A stretch of 39,739 nucleotides of DNA, taken from the NCBI GenBank assembly GCA_022763165.1, contig JALEGO010000631.1:1-39739 (forward strand), read 5' to 3'. A program made the translations under genes and the position numbers. Under the pieces are notes generated by a model. The model had not been told where the DNA came from and did not search any database. It worked only from the letters and a program-made list of their open reading frames with translations. The number at the start of each line of letters is the position of its first letter. Position 1 is the first letter of the stretch. Positions 28,454-38,400 of this stretch are shown one piece after another. The DNA comes from Flavobacteriales bacterium. Lineage in GTDB: Bacteria; Bacteroidota; Bacteroidia; Flavobacteriales_G; JALEGO01.

Positions 28454-29098
28454 TTACTCTGCTGCTGCCTCTGCAGGAGCTTCAGCTTTTGCTTCTCCTC
28501 CTTCAGCTGCTCCTTCAGCCTCTTCTTCTTCCTCTTCATCTTCATCGACAGCTCCTCTGGCAGTTTTAACCATCACAACTACGTTTCTTGGATCAACAGT
28601 ATATTCAAGACCTGCGAATGACAAATCTCCAATTCTTACAGCATGACCAATTCTAAGCTTTGTAATATCAATTTCGATGGCATCAGGAAAGTCCTTTGGC
28701 AAACCGATTACACCAACTTTTCTCATACTCAAGGCGAGCTTACCTCCATTTCGAACACCAATTGAATTTCCTTTCAAAACTACTGGCAAGTTTACTTGAA
28801 CTTTTCTATCATCAGCCAAAGCAAGAAAATCTACGTGCAAAGCTTTATCCGTAACAGGATGAAATTGGTAATCCGTTGCTACTGCATCATATTTAGATCC
28901 ATCTAAATCTAACGTTACTCTGTATACATTGGAAGTATATATGATCTTTCTCAATTCCAACTCTTGAATTGAAAAATGAACGTTTTCTCCGCCTGGCTGC
29001 ACCAATACGCAAGGAATTTGACCATTTCTTCGCAATTCTTTAGCACCTTTGGAATTAACTTCTTTTCTTAAACTCCCTTTTAACTCAATAGTTTTCAT
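28454..29098 (-). CDS. rplY: 50S ribosomal protein L25/Ctc
   Basis: LRRNGQIPCVL, QFHPVTD...HVDF, acidic tail; prs-rplY-pth synteny. Confidence 0.96.
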   Translation of the reverse strand: MKTIELKGSLRKEVNSKGAKELRRNGQIPCVLVQPGGENVHFSIQELELRKIIYTSNVYRVTLDLDGSKYDAVATDYQFHPVTDKALHVDFLALADDRKVQVNLPVVLKGNSIGVRNGGKLALSMRKVGVIGLPKDFPDAIEIDITKLRIGHAVRIGDLSFAGLEYTVDPRNVVVMVKTARGAVDEDEEEEEEAEGAAEGGEAKAEAPAEAAAE

Positions 29099-29108
29099 AA
29101 TTCTTGCC

Positions 29109-30041
29109 TTAAACTATAAAATGTGAACTTATAGATTCGTAATTAATAACTTTTTCCATCACATTAGCGAACAAATCAGCAACGGAAATCACTTTTATCT
29201 TTGGATTTTCTTCCTTTAAAGGAATGGTGTCTGTGACAACCAGTTCCGTAATGTCGGAATTTTTAATTCTTTCATGGGCAGGACCTGAAAGTACTGCATG
29301 TGTGCAAATAGCACGAACACTTTCGGCCCCCATTGATATCATCAAATCTGAAGCCTTTGTCAAAGTACCAGCGGTATCGACAATATCATCAATCAATACA
29401 ACATTCTTACCCGCTACATCACCAATCACAGTCATGTCAGATACCTCGTTAGCTTTCTTTCTTTGTTTATAACAAATGGCCATCTCAGCGTCTAAAAACT
29501 TTGCATATGCATTAGCCCTTTTAGTACCACCAGTGTCTGGAGCACCAATAACTAAATTTGGTAGTAGAAGACTTTTAACGTACGGAATAAATATGGAAGA
29601 TGCATATAAGTGATCCACAGGCACCTCAAAAAAGCCCTGAATTTGATCAGCATGTAAATCCATAGTCATTATTCTCGTCACACCAGCTGCGGAAAGCAAA
29701 TTAGCAACTAGTTTCGCACCTATTGCCACTCTTGGCTTGTCCTTACGGTCCTGACGTGCAAACCCAAAATAAGGTATTACCGCTGTTATTTTTCTAGCAC
29801 TGGCTCGCTTAGCAGCATCTACCATTAATAATAGCTCCATCAAATTGTCAGTTGGAGCGAATGTCGACTGAACAATGAAAACATCAGCACCACGCACGGT
29901 CTCTTCAAACGAAGCTTGAAATTCACCATCGCTGAATTCCAAAATTGTTACATCACCCAGATTACCGCCAAATGCGACAGCTATGGAATGTGCCAATCCC
30001 TTGCTTGCTCTACCTGCGAATATTTTAACTTGTGAAGACAA
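29109..30041 (-). CDS. prs: Ribose-phosphate pyrophosphokinase (TTG start)
   Basis: FSDGE, PYFGFARQDRK, DLHADQIQGFF, IDDIVDTAGT. Confidence 0.97.
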   Translation of the reverse strand: MSSQVKIFAGRASKGLAHSIAVAFGGNLGDVTILEFSDGEFQASFEETVRGADVFIVQSTFAPTDNLMELLLMVDAAKRASARKITAVIPYFGFARQDRKDKPRVAIGAKLVANLLSAAGVTRIMTMDLHADQIQGFFEVPVDHLYASSIFIPYVKSLLLPNLVIGAPDTGGTKRANAYAKFLDAEMAICYKQRKKANEVSDMTVIGDVAGKNVVLIDDIVDTAGTLTKASDLMISMGAESVRAICTHAVLSGPAHERIKNSDITELVVTDTIPLKEENPKIKVISVADLFANVMEKVINYESISSHFIV

Positions 30042-30058
30042 AACCTTAAAATGGGGTG

Positions 30059-30066
30059 CAAATGTA
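30059..30066 (-). promoter_or_regulatory. -7 element for the prs operon
   Basis: Minus-strand TACATTTG. Confidence 0.55.
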
Positions 30067-30151
30067 CATAAAAAGAACCAATCATCACAGTAATTTTGTC
30101 TGATTTAGGAAATAAATCTGCTTTTACCTTTTTTGAATCACAATGTATGCT

Positions 30152-30159
30152 TAACTTTG
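30152..30159 (+). promoter_or_regulatory. -7 element for tRNA-Leu
   Basis: TAACTTTG ends 14 nt before the tRNA 5' end. Confidence 0.6.
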
Positions 30160-30173
30160 CAAATCTTAAAAAT

Positions 30174-30255
30174 GCCCAGGTGGCGGAATTGGTAGACGCG
30201 CTGGTCTCAAACACCAGTTCCTTCGGGAGTGCCGGTTCGACCCCGGCCCTGGGTA
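30174..30255 (+). tRNA. tRNA-Leu(CAA), CCA not encoded
   Basis: Acceptor GCCCAGG/CCTGGGT+A; anticodon arm CTGGT-CTCAAAC-ACCAG; long variable arm; GGTTCGA T-loop. Confidence 0.96.
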
Positions 30256-30260
30256 CTTTT

Positions 30261-30593
30261 TTACACTATATTCTTTTCCAATAAAGCTTTATCAATTATC
30301 TGTTCCTGATAGCCATTTATTGAGTAGCCTATAATTCTATCAAGCTCCCTTTCATAATGCTCATTTTTTAACCAGAAAATCTGACCATGTCTGGAAATTC
30401 GCTCCAATTTGATTAAATCGAACTCATCATTGATATCCACCAAATCCTCATTAATAAGAATGAGCTTCCCACTCCCAGATAATAGTTCTGGGTTTAAAGT
30501 GAATGATCTAAACACCGTTAGGTTAGAGTCCTTTGGTAATGCATCCTCGAAATGTGTAATCCTTTTTTCAAAATTGTCGATAAGAATAATCAT
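30261..30593 (-). CDS. Hypothetical protein, possibly a degenerate receiver-like domain
   Basis: 110 aa; IILIDN and LILINEDL strands spaced like REC beta1/beta3; 52 bp downstream of the PLP-GNAT gene on the same strand. Confidence 0.5.
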   Translation of the reverse strand: MIILIDNFEKRITHFEDALPKDSNLTVFRSFTLNPELLSGSGKLILINEDLVDINDEFDLIKLERISRHGQIFWLKNEHYERELDRIIGYSINGYQEQIIDKALLEKNIV

Positions 30594-30645
30594 TTGTAAT
30601 GTTGTTTTCTTATCGATACGAAGGACAGAAGCGGATGTTATAGGA

Positions 30646-33069
30646 CTATTTACTTAATTTCATAGGTCTAGATACTTCTTTAATGCTTAGATTCTCAAGA
30701 TACTCAAAATTAAATTGGTCTTGGATCTGCATGAAAGCAAAAGATCGCTTCTGCTCACAATTCAATTTTCGCTTTTCAATATCAGCGGCAAATCCAAAAT
30801 TAATTAGTGGAATGTTAAGATCATTCGCTCTATTTATCAATTGATAAAGTGCCTGTCGATATACACCAAGGTCCTGGTAATTATAATCCAACCCAATAAT
30901 CATTGGATTGTAAGTGCCTTCACTTTTTTGTGAGAAAACGCATCCTACAATGCTTCCACCAACCTTCAAGGTCATAACATCCCAGGTCGTGTCCTCTAAA
31001 ATGTTTTGAAAAAGGCTTTTGGGTAAATCGAAAGTATTGATCAGATAACTCTTACTTTTGACGTTAAGATATAACTTATAAAGCTTATCTAAATCTCCTT
31101 CTTTAGTCGCATTGAATTCGACCTCATATTGTTCTATGTGCTTTAAAATGTGTTTTCTAAAATGCTTCCTAGACCGATAGGTGAGGCTTTCAATGAATTC
31201 TTCGATTGATTTAAAATGAAAATTTGCCAAGTAATGACTCTCCGGCATTTCATTTTTCACATACCCATAAGCAAAGAACAACTCATCCGTAAACGAGTCC
31301 TCCGGCAAATCCCGGATAATGATATTCTTTATTTTATTTTCTGAGGCGAAACTACTCAACCTATCCAGAAAGATTTTTAACCCTTCTTTCCAACCGTTGT
31401 TATTCTTGTTTAAATAAAGATGATTCCCTTCAGTAAGTTGAGTTCCAACCATCAACGCTTCTGAAGTCAAAAAGAGAGCATCCTTTTTTCTCTTCTCTTC
31501 AATCAAAACAGACTTTTCATGCGATGCAAACATGTCATCTTTCTGAAGAGAAATGGTGCAAGGCGCGGCTAAAACAATTTCTTTTGAATCAATATCACGG
31601 ATTACAAAGTATTTCCAGCGCCATTGGTCCTGTATTTCTTTGGCTTCCGAATTAAATGATTTCTCCAACAACCTCAGTCCATCGTAGTCAAATGAACCTC
31701 GATTCCCAAACATTTGATTCCATTCTGATTTACCAATCTGCTTGCAGCTTTCAAAAGTTTCGAGCTCTAAGTTGCCAATCTTTTGAATATTTGAGGCTCT
31801 TGAATCGTTGTATTTTTTCAAATGTCTTCCAAAAGCTTTCCAAATTTTATCTACAGTATACTTTTCCTCATTAATTACTTGATGAAAAATTCTGTGCAAA
31901 ACATTCAGCATACCTTCTATATCACTTTTTGAAATATGTCTGGTAATCGTGAATCTTATTCCTGTGTTATGAATTGATACTCCTGGAAATATACCATAAT
32001 TCACGTAATACCCTTCCTGCTTCATCAATTGAATAATTCTCCATCCAATTTTAGGAAGGCTAACGCCTATGAAAAAAATTGGAGTCTTATTTTTGGCGAT
32101 TAATGGTAACCCCAACTTTTCAATTTGCTCATTGCAAAAATCAATTTTCGACTCCAGTTCATCTTGCATTTTTGAAATTTCACTCGATAGGTGAATTCTC
32201 GAACTTGCTAATATAGAACCAAGCGTTCCAGGCTGTATGGGACCTGAGGTAATCATTGTGGATGAACACCTCCGAACTTGTTCCGCTATTTTTTTATCAT
32301 GAAATACCATAACCCCACCTCCACAAGCAAAGCCCTTTGCTAAAGATGTGGCTAAAACAAGTCGCTCGCTAATTTGCCATTTGTCTAGGACATAACCTCT
32401 TCCATGTTTCCCAAAAACACTCATGCCATGCGCATCATCGGCATATATATACAAGTTTTGATACTTTTCTGTGAGAAATTGCAATTCTGCCATGGGCGCA
32501 TAGTCTCCAAACATTGAATAAACGCCATCAATCATATACCACACTCTTCTCTTATGACCAAGTTGCTTAAGTTTATCTTCTAGAGCATCTAAATCATTAT
32601 GCCTAAGGAGTTCTACATGCACATTTCTACTTTTCACAAGGTTCACAGCAGTTTGAACCGATAAATGAACTCTATGATCCATAATTACGGCATCTTCTTC
32701 TGTTACAATGGCAGGGATACTTCCAACATGAGCAAGGGTAGTGGTTGGCGCTAAAAATGTTGCACCCCCAAAAATCTTATCAAAATTTTGTTCTATTTCA
32801 TCGTAAATAGGTAAGGAGATGTAAGCTCTAGAAGCCGAAAATTGACTACCGTACTTCCGAAGTGCTTCAACTCCACCTTCTGTCAATCTAGTGTCCAACT
32901 CTAGCCCTAAGTAGCTGCAAGAACCGAAATTTAACATTTCTTGCTGTTCTATTGATATCAAATTTCCTTTCAGCGGCTGATCATCCAAATGCATGTAAAG
33001 AGCTCCTTCTTTCTTTGATGTGAGCATTACATTATCTAAGGTGTTTAAAAATGTGCTATAGTTCTTCAT
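30646..33069 (-). CDS. Alpha-oxoamine synthase-family (BioF/CqsA/SPT-like) PLP enzyme fused to a C-terminal GNAT/FemAB-like domain
   Basis: NFGSCSYLGL, RHNDL, DGVYSMFGD, DDAHG, TSLAKGF..GG (PLP Lys), GIRFTIT; C-terminal EEFIESL..RSRKHFRK, GLDY....GVYRQ, INFG..A..EKRKL. Confidence 0.85.
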   Translation of the reverse strand: MKNYSTFLNTLDNVMLTSKKEGALYMHLDDQPLKGNLISIEQQEMLNFGSCSYLGLELDTRLTEGGVEALRKYGSQFSASRAYISLPIYDEIEQNFDKIFGGATFLAPTTTLAHVGSIPAIVTEEDAVIMDHRVHLSVQTAVNLVKSRNVHVELLRHNDLDALEDKLKQLGHKRRVWYMIDGVYSMFGDYAPMAELQFLTEKYQNLYIYADDAHGMSVFGKHGRGYVLDKWQISERLVLATSLAKGFACGGGVMVFHDKKIAEQVRRCSSTMITSGPIQPGTLGSILASSRIHLSSEISKMQDELESKIDFCNEQIEKLGLPLIAKNKTPIFFIGVSLPKIGWRIIQLMKQEGYYVNYGIFPGVSIHNTGIRFTITRHISKSDIEGMLNVLHRIFHQVINEEKYTVDKIWKAFGRHLKKYNDSRASNIQKIGNLELETFESCKQIGKSEWNQMFGNRGSFDYDGLRLLEKSFNSEAKEIQDQWRWKYFVIRDIDSKEIVLAAPCTISLQKDDMFASHEKSVLIEEKRKKDALFLTSEALMVGTQLTEGNHLYLNKNNNGWKEGLKIFLDRLSSFASENKIKNIIIRDLPEDSFTDELFFAYGYVKNEMPESHYLANFHFKSIEEFIESLTYRSRKHFRKHILKHIEQYEVEFNATKEGDLDKLYKLYLNVKSKSYLINTFDLPKSLFQNILEDTTWDVMTLKVGGSIVGCVFSQKSEGTYNPMIIGLDYNYQDLGVYRQALYQLINRANDLNIPLINFGFAADIEKRKLNCEQKRSFAFMQIQDQFNFEYLENLSIKEVSRPMKLSK

Positions 33070-33173
33070 AATAAGATTTTGATAAGTTTGTAAAATTACG
33101 GTTGAATTTGGGGTTGTTCATTTAGGAAAAAAACAGTGATTCTTTAAAATTTGTAAGTATAAACACCTAATGC

Positions 33174-33551
33174 ATGGAGAGCGAGTTTGCTAAGTATACT
33201 TTGGAAAAAGGAGTATTGGTTGTAACGTTTAAGCCTATAGTGGTTGACTTAAAAGCGGCAAAAGATATTGTGGCAAAGAGATTGGAGTTTTCAAATAATA
33301 AAACTCTTCCTGGGCTTGCTGATGTAAGACTTATGAAATCTTTTGAGCGAGATGCTAGAACGTACCTCCAAGGGCCCGCTGGAAAGCAAGGCCTAAATGC
33401 TGCAGCATTATTGACAGAATCTGCATTCACCACATACATCGCCAACTTTTTTTTAAAAGTGTCTTATAAAAAAGATAAAGATCTGCCCAGCATGGTATTC
33501 AACGATAAAGACAAAGCTATAGACTGGTTACAAGAATTTAGAAATGACTAG
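33174..33551 (+). CDS. SpoIIAA/STAS-SEC14-like small protein
   Basis: 125 aa; LADVR...ERDARTYL, AAALL, C-terminal VFNDKDKAIDWL; overlaps the kinase start by 8 nt. Confidence 0.75.
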   Translation: MESEFAKYTLEKGVLVVTFKPIVVDLKAAKDIVAKRLEFSNNKTLPGLADVRLMKSFERDARTYLQGPAGKQGLNAAALLTESAFTTYIANFFLKVSYKKDKDLPSMVFNDKDKAIDWLQEFRND

Positions 33552-34740
33552 AGCAAAACAAGTAATTCCCCAATCACAAATTGACGAGATAAGTAACTTA
33601 TTGCTTGAGTATTCTACGGGGAATTATTCCTATCAAGGAAAAATATCTCCAGAATTCGATGAGATTGACAGCATAATAGAGGCAGTTAATATGCTCGGAC
33701 AGGAACTTGATGCCACCACAGTTTCACGAGATTACTTCATGAGTATTTTTAATGCATCATCAGACTTTTTTGTGGTAGTAAATGATGATGGCCAAATTGA
33801 AAATGGCAACACTTCGATATGCGATCTTTTTAAACTAGATCAGGAAGACTTCAAGGAAAAGGTGACTGTTCAAACTATGTTTAATGATGACTTTTGGACC
33901 AAGGCTCTCAATTCCCTCAAGCGAGGACAAGGGTATTCTTCCGAAACGACACTTTATGCTGATTCAAAAAAAATCCCAGTTGAGATAAGGTGTTCTGTGA
34001 TCTTAAATTCATACGATAAAGTTGATGGATACCTAATAATTGCACAAGACATAACCGAACGCAAAAATACTGAAAGACTTATTTTACGAAAGACTTTCGA
34101 AGCTCAACAATCAGAGCAAAAACGAGTCTCACAGGATCTTCACGATTCAATTGGGCAGCAATTGTCGGCATTAAACCTAATGATTTCCAACTTAAAGCAT
34201 TTTATTAATACAGACCAAAACGCAAAAGACTTATATCATACATGTCTAGAAATTCTAAAAGATACCATCCAACAACTCCGTGAAATATCATTTGATCTGA
34301 TGCCAAGCGCTTTAGAGAAAAATGGTCTTTCAATTACCATAGAGCAACTTGTAAAGAAGCTTCAAAAGCAAAAAGAGATTCAATTTATCTTCGTGAAATC
34401 CGGCACTGAAGGAAACTTAAAGGCTGAGCTGAAACAGGCCGTTTACCGGATTATTCAAGAGTTTATCAATAACAGCTTGAAACATTCTAAGGCAAATTCC
34501 GTAAGAACCGAAATACACTTCAAAAAAGATAAGATGGTGGTCTTTGCTCAAGATGATGGAGTAGGCTTTGATATCGCCAAACTTCCTGATGGAAGTGGAC
34601 TGAACAACTTCTTCTCAAGAGTAAAAGCTTTTGGCGGAAATATGAACTTAGAGAGCGCTATTAACGAAGGCACAAGACTGACCATGGAATTTGAAACCGA
34701 TAATAGTGAAAAAGGAGATGAGAATTCTTTTAGTGGATGA
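33544..34740 (+). CDS. Soluble HAMP-PAS HisKA_3 sensor histidine kinase
   Basis: GNYS...DEIDSIIEAVNML (HAMP-like); PAS ending QDITERK; RVSQDLHDSIGQ; QEFINNSLKH, DDGVGFD, GSGL; no TM segment. Confidence 0.9.
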   Translation: MTRAKQVIPQSQIDEISNLLLEYSTGNYSYQGKISPEFDEIDSIIEAVNMLGQELDATTVSRDYFMSIFNASSDFFVVVNDDGQIENGNTSICDLFKLDQEDFKEKVTVQTMFNDDFWTKALNSLKRGQGYSSETTLYADSKKIPVEIRCSVILNSYDKVDGYLIIAQDITERKNTERLILRKTFEAQQSEQKRVSQDLHDSIGQQLSALNLMISNLKHFINTDQNAKDLYHTCLEILKDTIQQLREISFDLMPSALEKNGLSITIEQLVKKLQKQKEIQFIFVKSGTEGNLKAELKQAVYRIIQEFINNSLKHSKANSVRTEIHFKKDKMVVFAQDDGVGFDIAKLPDGSGLNNFFSRVKAFGGNMNLESAINEGTRLTMEFETDNSEKGDENSFSG

Positions 34741-35359
34741 CCACAAATTAATGAGAGACGGTATAAGATACACTTTAAATCTTCAAGATAAGATTAAAGT
34801 AAAAATCGATGAAGCTGAGGATGGGGATTATGCACTGGGCATGGTTGACCTCTTTGACTACGACATCGTATTGATGGATATCAACATGCCCGTCCTGAAT
34901 GGCATTGAAACAACCAAGAAAATAACCAAGAAGAATAAAACGTGCAAAATCATTGCACTTTCTATGCATAACGAGGATTCGCTCATCAGAAATATGATGG
35001 ATGCGGGTGCCTCTGGGTACCTTCTTAAAAATACGGGTTCTGAGGAATTGGTTAAGGCTTTACTCACTGTTTATGGAGGAAACAATTACTACAGCAACGA
35101 AGTAGCTCTAACCCTCTTAGATACAAACGGAGAAAAGAAAGCACCCAGTTCAGATAAATCCGTATTAACGAAAAGAGAAGCTGAGATTCTTAAACTAATC
35201 GCTGAGGAATGGACCAATGAAGAGATAGCTGATATGCTCCATCTTAGTAAAAGGACTGTTGATGCTCATCGTTATAATATGTTGACCAAATTAAATCTAA
35301 AAAATACCGCAGGTCTTGTCAAATATGCCATTTTCAATGGAATCCTAAACAAAGACTGA
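34718..35359 (+). CDS. NarL/LuxR-family response regulator
   Basis: MRILLVDDH, LMDINMP, YLLKN; LTKRE..IL..IA....NEEIA..L.LS.RTV HTH. Confidence 0.95.
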   Translation: MRILLVDDHKLMRDGIRYTLNLQDKIKVKIDEAEDGDYALGMVDLFDYDIVLMDINMPVLNGIETTKKITKKNKTCKIIALSMHNEDSLIRNMMDAGASGYLLKNTGSEELVKALLTVYGGNNYYSNEVALTLLDTNGEKKAPSSDKSVLTKREAEILKLIAEEWTNEEIADMLHLSKRTVDAHRYNMLTKLNLKNTAGLVKYAIFNGILNKD

Positions 35360-35423
35360 AACTCCTACGTACGTTTAATTACTTAATTTTCGGGGCAATT
35401 AGTCCATGAGTTTTTATTTCTGC

Positions 35424-35431
35424 TATTTTTG
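35424..35431 (+). promoter_or_regulatory. -7 element for the adhesin gene
   Basis: TATTTTTG upstream of ATG 35463. Confidence 0.5.
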
Positions 35432-35462
35432 CATAGTCTGTTGAAATAAATTTTCATAAGTA

Positions 35463-38400
35463 ATGAATCGAATTTTTATTGGCATCATTTTTATGATGAC
35501 AACCTTTTCCGTAAATCTTTATTCCCAAGATTTTGATTTAGACGGAGTCCCTGACGCAATTGATGTGGACGATGATAATGATGGTTTGTGTGATTCTGTG
35601 GAACTTTCCTCTGCATTTGTCAATTATGTGAGAAACTGCGATGCTCCTGTTTCAGGAACACATCGCATAGGACCGACCCAATTTGTTTTTAACAACTACG
35701 GTCCTGGGGTTCCTATCGACAGTGGTGGCTCGGGTTCTAGCACATGTCCTGGAAGTACAGGTTGGAGGCAATTCAGATGTAGAACTGATCTTGGAGGATC
35801 GCATTACATATTATATTCTTTCCTCCCAGGCGGTGATAGTCTGAGCTTTACAACAGATATCTCTGGAACCTTATGTCACGGTTTTGAAGTGACCTTAGCC
35901 GATATCGATAGAGATGATGGCCTTTATTTTGTTGCATACTCCGGAGGCTCCATTATCTCAGCTGATAGTATCTGGAAGGGACCTGGAATCAAAGATTCTT
36001 TAAACTTTTACTGGGACACAACAGGCTCCAGTGGATCTTTTACTGATTCATTATTTCAAACACGTTGGTACTTTAACAGTGGCACCTGTGTTGACTCTAT
36101 TCAAATGAAGTTTTATTCAAATAAAACTACTTGCCAAACCAGTGTAAATAATCTTCTGAGATTTAGGAGTATGGTTCTAGATTCTGATGGAGATGGATTA
36201 TCGGATCAATTTGATACTGATGCTGATGGAGATGGATGTTATGATGTGCTAGAGGCTTTTTTAGACCCTGCTCTTGATTTGGATGGAGATGGAATTGCAG
36301 GTGATGGGATTGAAACTGTCGATGGAAGTGGGCTTCCTACTATTATGGGTGGTTCATGCCAAGCTGTCAATTCATTTACCTACAGAGATAGCAATATTAT
36401 ATCCTCAGCATGTGATACTATACTACCTGGAAATGAACTCCTTAATATTAATGAAGATAACAGTGGTTCTGTTGCAGTATTAGCGAACAATAGCGATATC
36501 AATGGAGACTCAATGTTCGTAACAGTTGTAAATCCAACAACTGCTGCAGGCGCATCAGCCGTTTTCCAAATCGCTGATAGTACTATTTTATATACTCCTG
36601 TTGGAAATTTTTGTGGGCAAGATGAAGTATACTATGAAGTTTGTGACAGTACGATTCCCGTATTGTGTATAGTAGATACCATCTTTGTGAATGTTGCTTG
36701 TGTCAATGATACTCCTACAGGTGGCAACGAGAATTCTGCAACTTTAGAGGACTTTGTATCAGGCAATGTCAATCTTCTTTCCAATAATGCTGATGTTGAC
36801 AATGACTCTTTAGTTCTTGTAATCAACCCTATTTCGCCTAACGGTGGAACGATCTCTTCTCCTTCAGCTGGTGTGATTGTATACAACCCTACTCCCAACT
36901 GGGACGGAATCGACACCATCATTTACCAAGTCTGTGATACTGTGACCCCCGCTCTATGTGTTACGGATACCTTGTTTATGACTGTTATTCCAAATAATGA
37001 TCAACCACAAATTAATAATGATAGTGCAGTAGTATCAGAAGATAATACCATCATAATCGATCCATTAATTAACGATTCAGATTCAAACGATGTTTTAGGA
37101 GGAATTGACAGTACTTCTGTGGATACTATCCCCTCTACTGGGCCATTCAACGGTATGGTTTCTATTGATCCTGTGACGGGCCAACTGACATATACACCCA
37201 ATTTAAATTTTAATGGCTTAGATAGCTTCAGAATTGAAGTTTGTGATACTGGTTATCCATTGCCTGCCTTGTGCAGAAATTCACTGGTTTATATCGAGGT
37301 CCTACCATTGCCAGACCCTCCTATGAGCGCACCAGAATATGTCACCATTGATGAGGATAGCAGCCTTACTTCATTTGATGTTTTGTCAAATAACATTGAT
37401 CCAGAAGGCGATTCTATCATTGCAGGTGCATATCCGGGAACCTCTACACAAGGTTTTCCTGTCGGTCAGAATCCTGATGGAACTTTGGACTATTCACCCC
37501 CAAGCAATTGGTATGGAATGGATACGATTGTCATAAATGTTTGCGATACAACTGGTCTTTGCAACACTGACACCGTATTCATTACGGTTACTCCTGTAAA
37601 TGATGCTCCCATTACGACTAATGATACTTTATTCATTATTCAAAGTGGTGATACTCTAAATGCGTGCGTTAGTTTTAGCGATCCTGACCTGCCTGAAGAT
37701 AGCCTTGTTTGCAATGTAATAAGTGGTCCAATTAATGGCACTTGGACAAGTACTTCCTTCGATTGCTTTTCTTATATTCCAGATTCTGGATGGATAGGAA
37801 ATGACACGATAACAAAGGTTATTTGTGACACCGCTGGACTGTGCGATACTAGTATCATTGTAATATCGTCACAATTAAATCCTATACTTCCTCCAAGCAT
37901 TTCGGATGATAGCGTTTCTATGAACGAAGATGATACGCTGTCTTACTGTTTGACGATTACTGATCCCAATCTTCCGAATGACAGTGTTTACATAAGTTCA
38001 ATCGGTAATCCAAATAATGGCATAACGGACAGTATCAGCCCATATTGCATTAACTATATCCCAAATACCAATTGGTTTGGTTTAGACACAATAATGTTTG
38101 TGGCTTGTGATACTTCTGGACAATGCGATACAGCATGGCTTATTGTAAATGTCCTGAATGTCTCAGATGCTCCTGTGAATGGAAATGAAAATATTACGAT
38201 TGATGAAGACAGTGTAATATCTTCATTAGATTTAACAATCAACAATTCAGACCCAGACGGAGATTCAATTCTTGTCAATTTGCCAATTACTTCTTCTGCG
38301 GGCTCTAACATTGTTATCAATGCAGATGGCACCATTGGTTATACACCTCCTACAAACTTCCATGGCATGGATACGGTCTGGTACATGGTTTGCGACACCA

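Noticed and set aside
28339-28545. Lys/Gln-rich 68-aa ORF
   Set aside because: Alternative frame of the acidic rplY tail, and it crosses a terminator
30174-30260. tRNA-Leu as integration site of an island
   Set aside because: No integrase and no duplicated tRNA 3' end seen within the window
30096-30284. 62-aa ORF
   Set aside because: Overlaps tRNA-Leu and its promoter
30646-33069. Calling the gene bioF
   Set aside because: Long GNAT-like fusion, altered motif and no biotin genes nearby; only family-level assignment is supported
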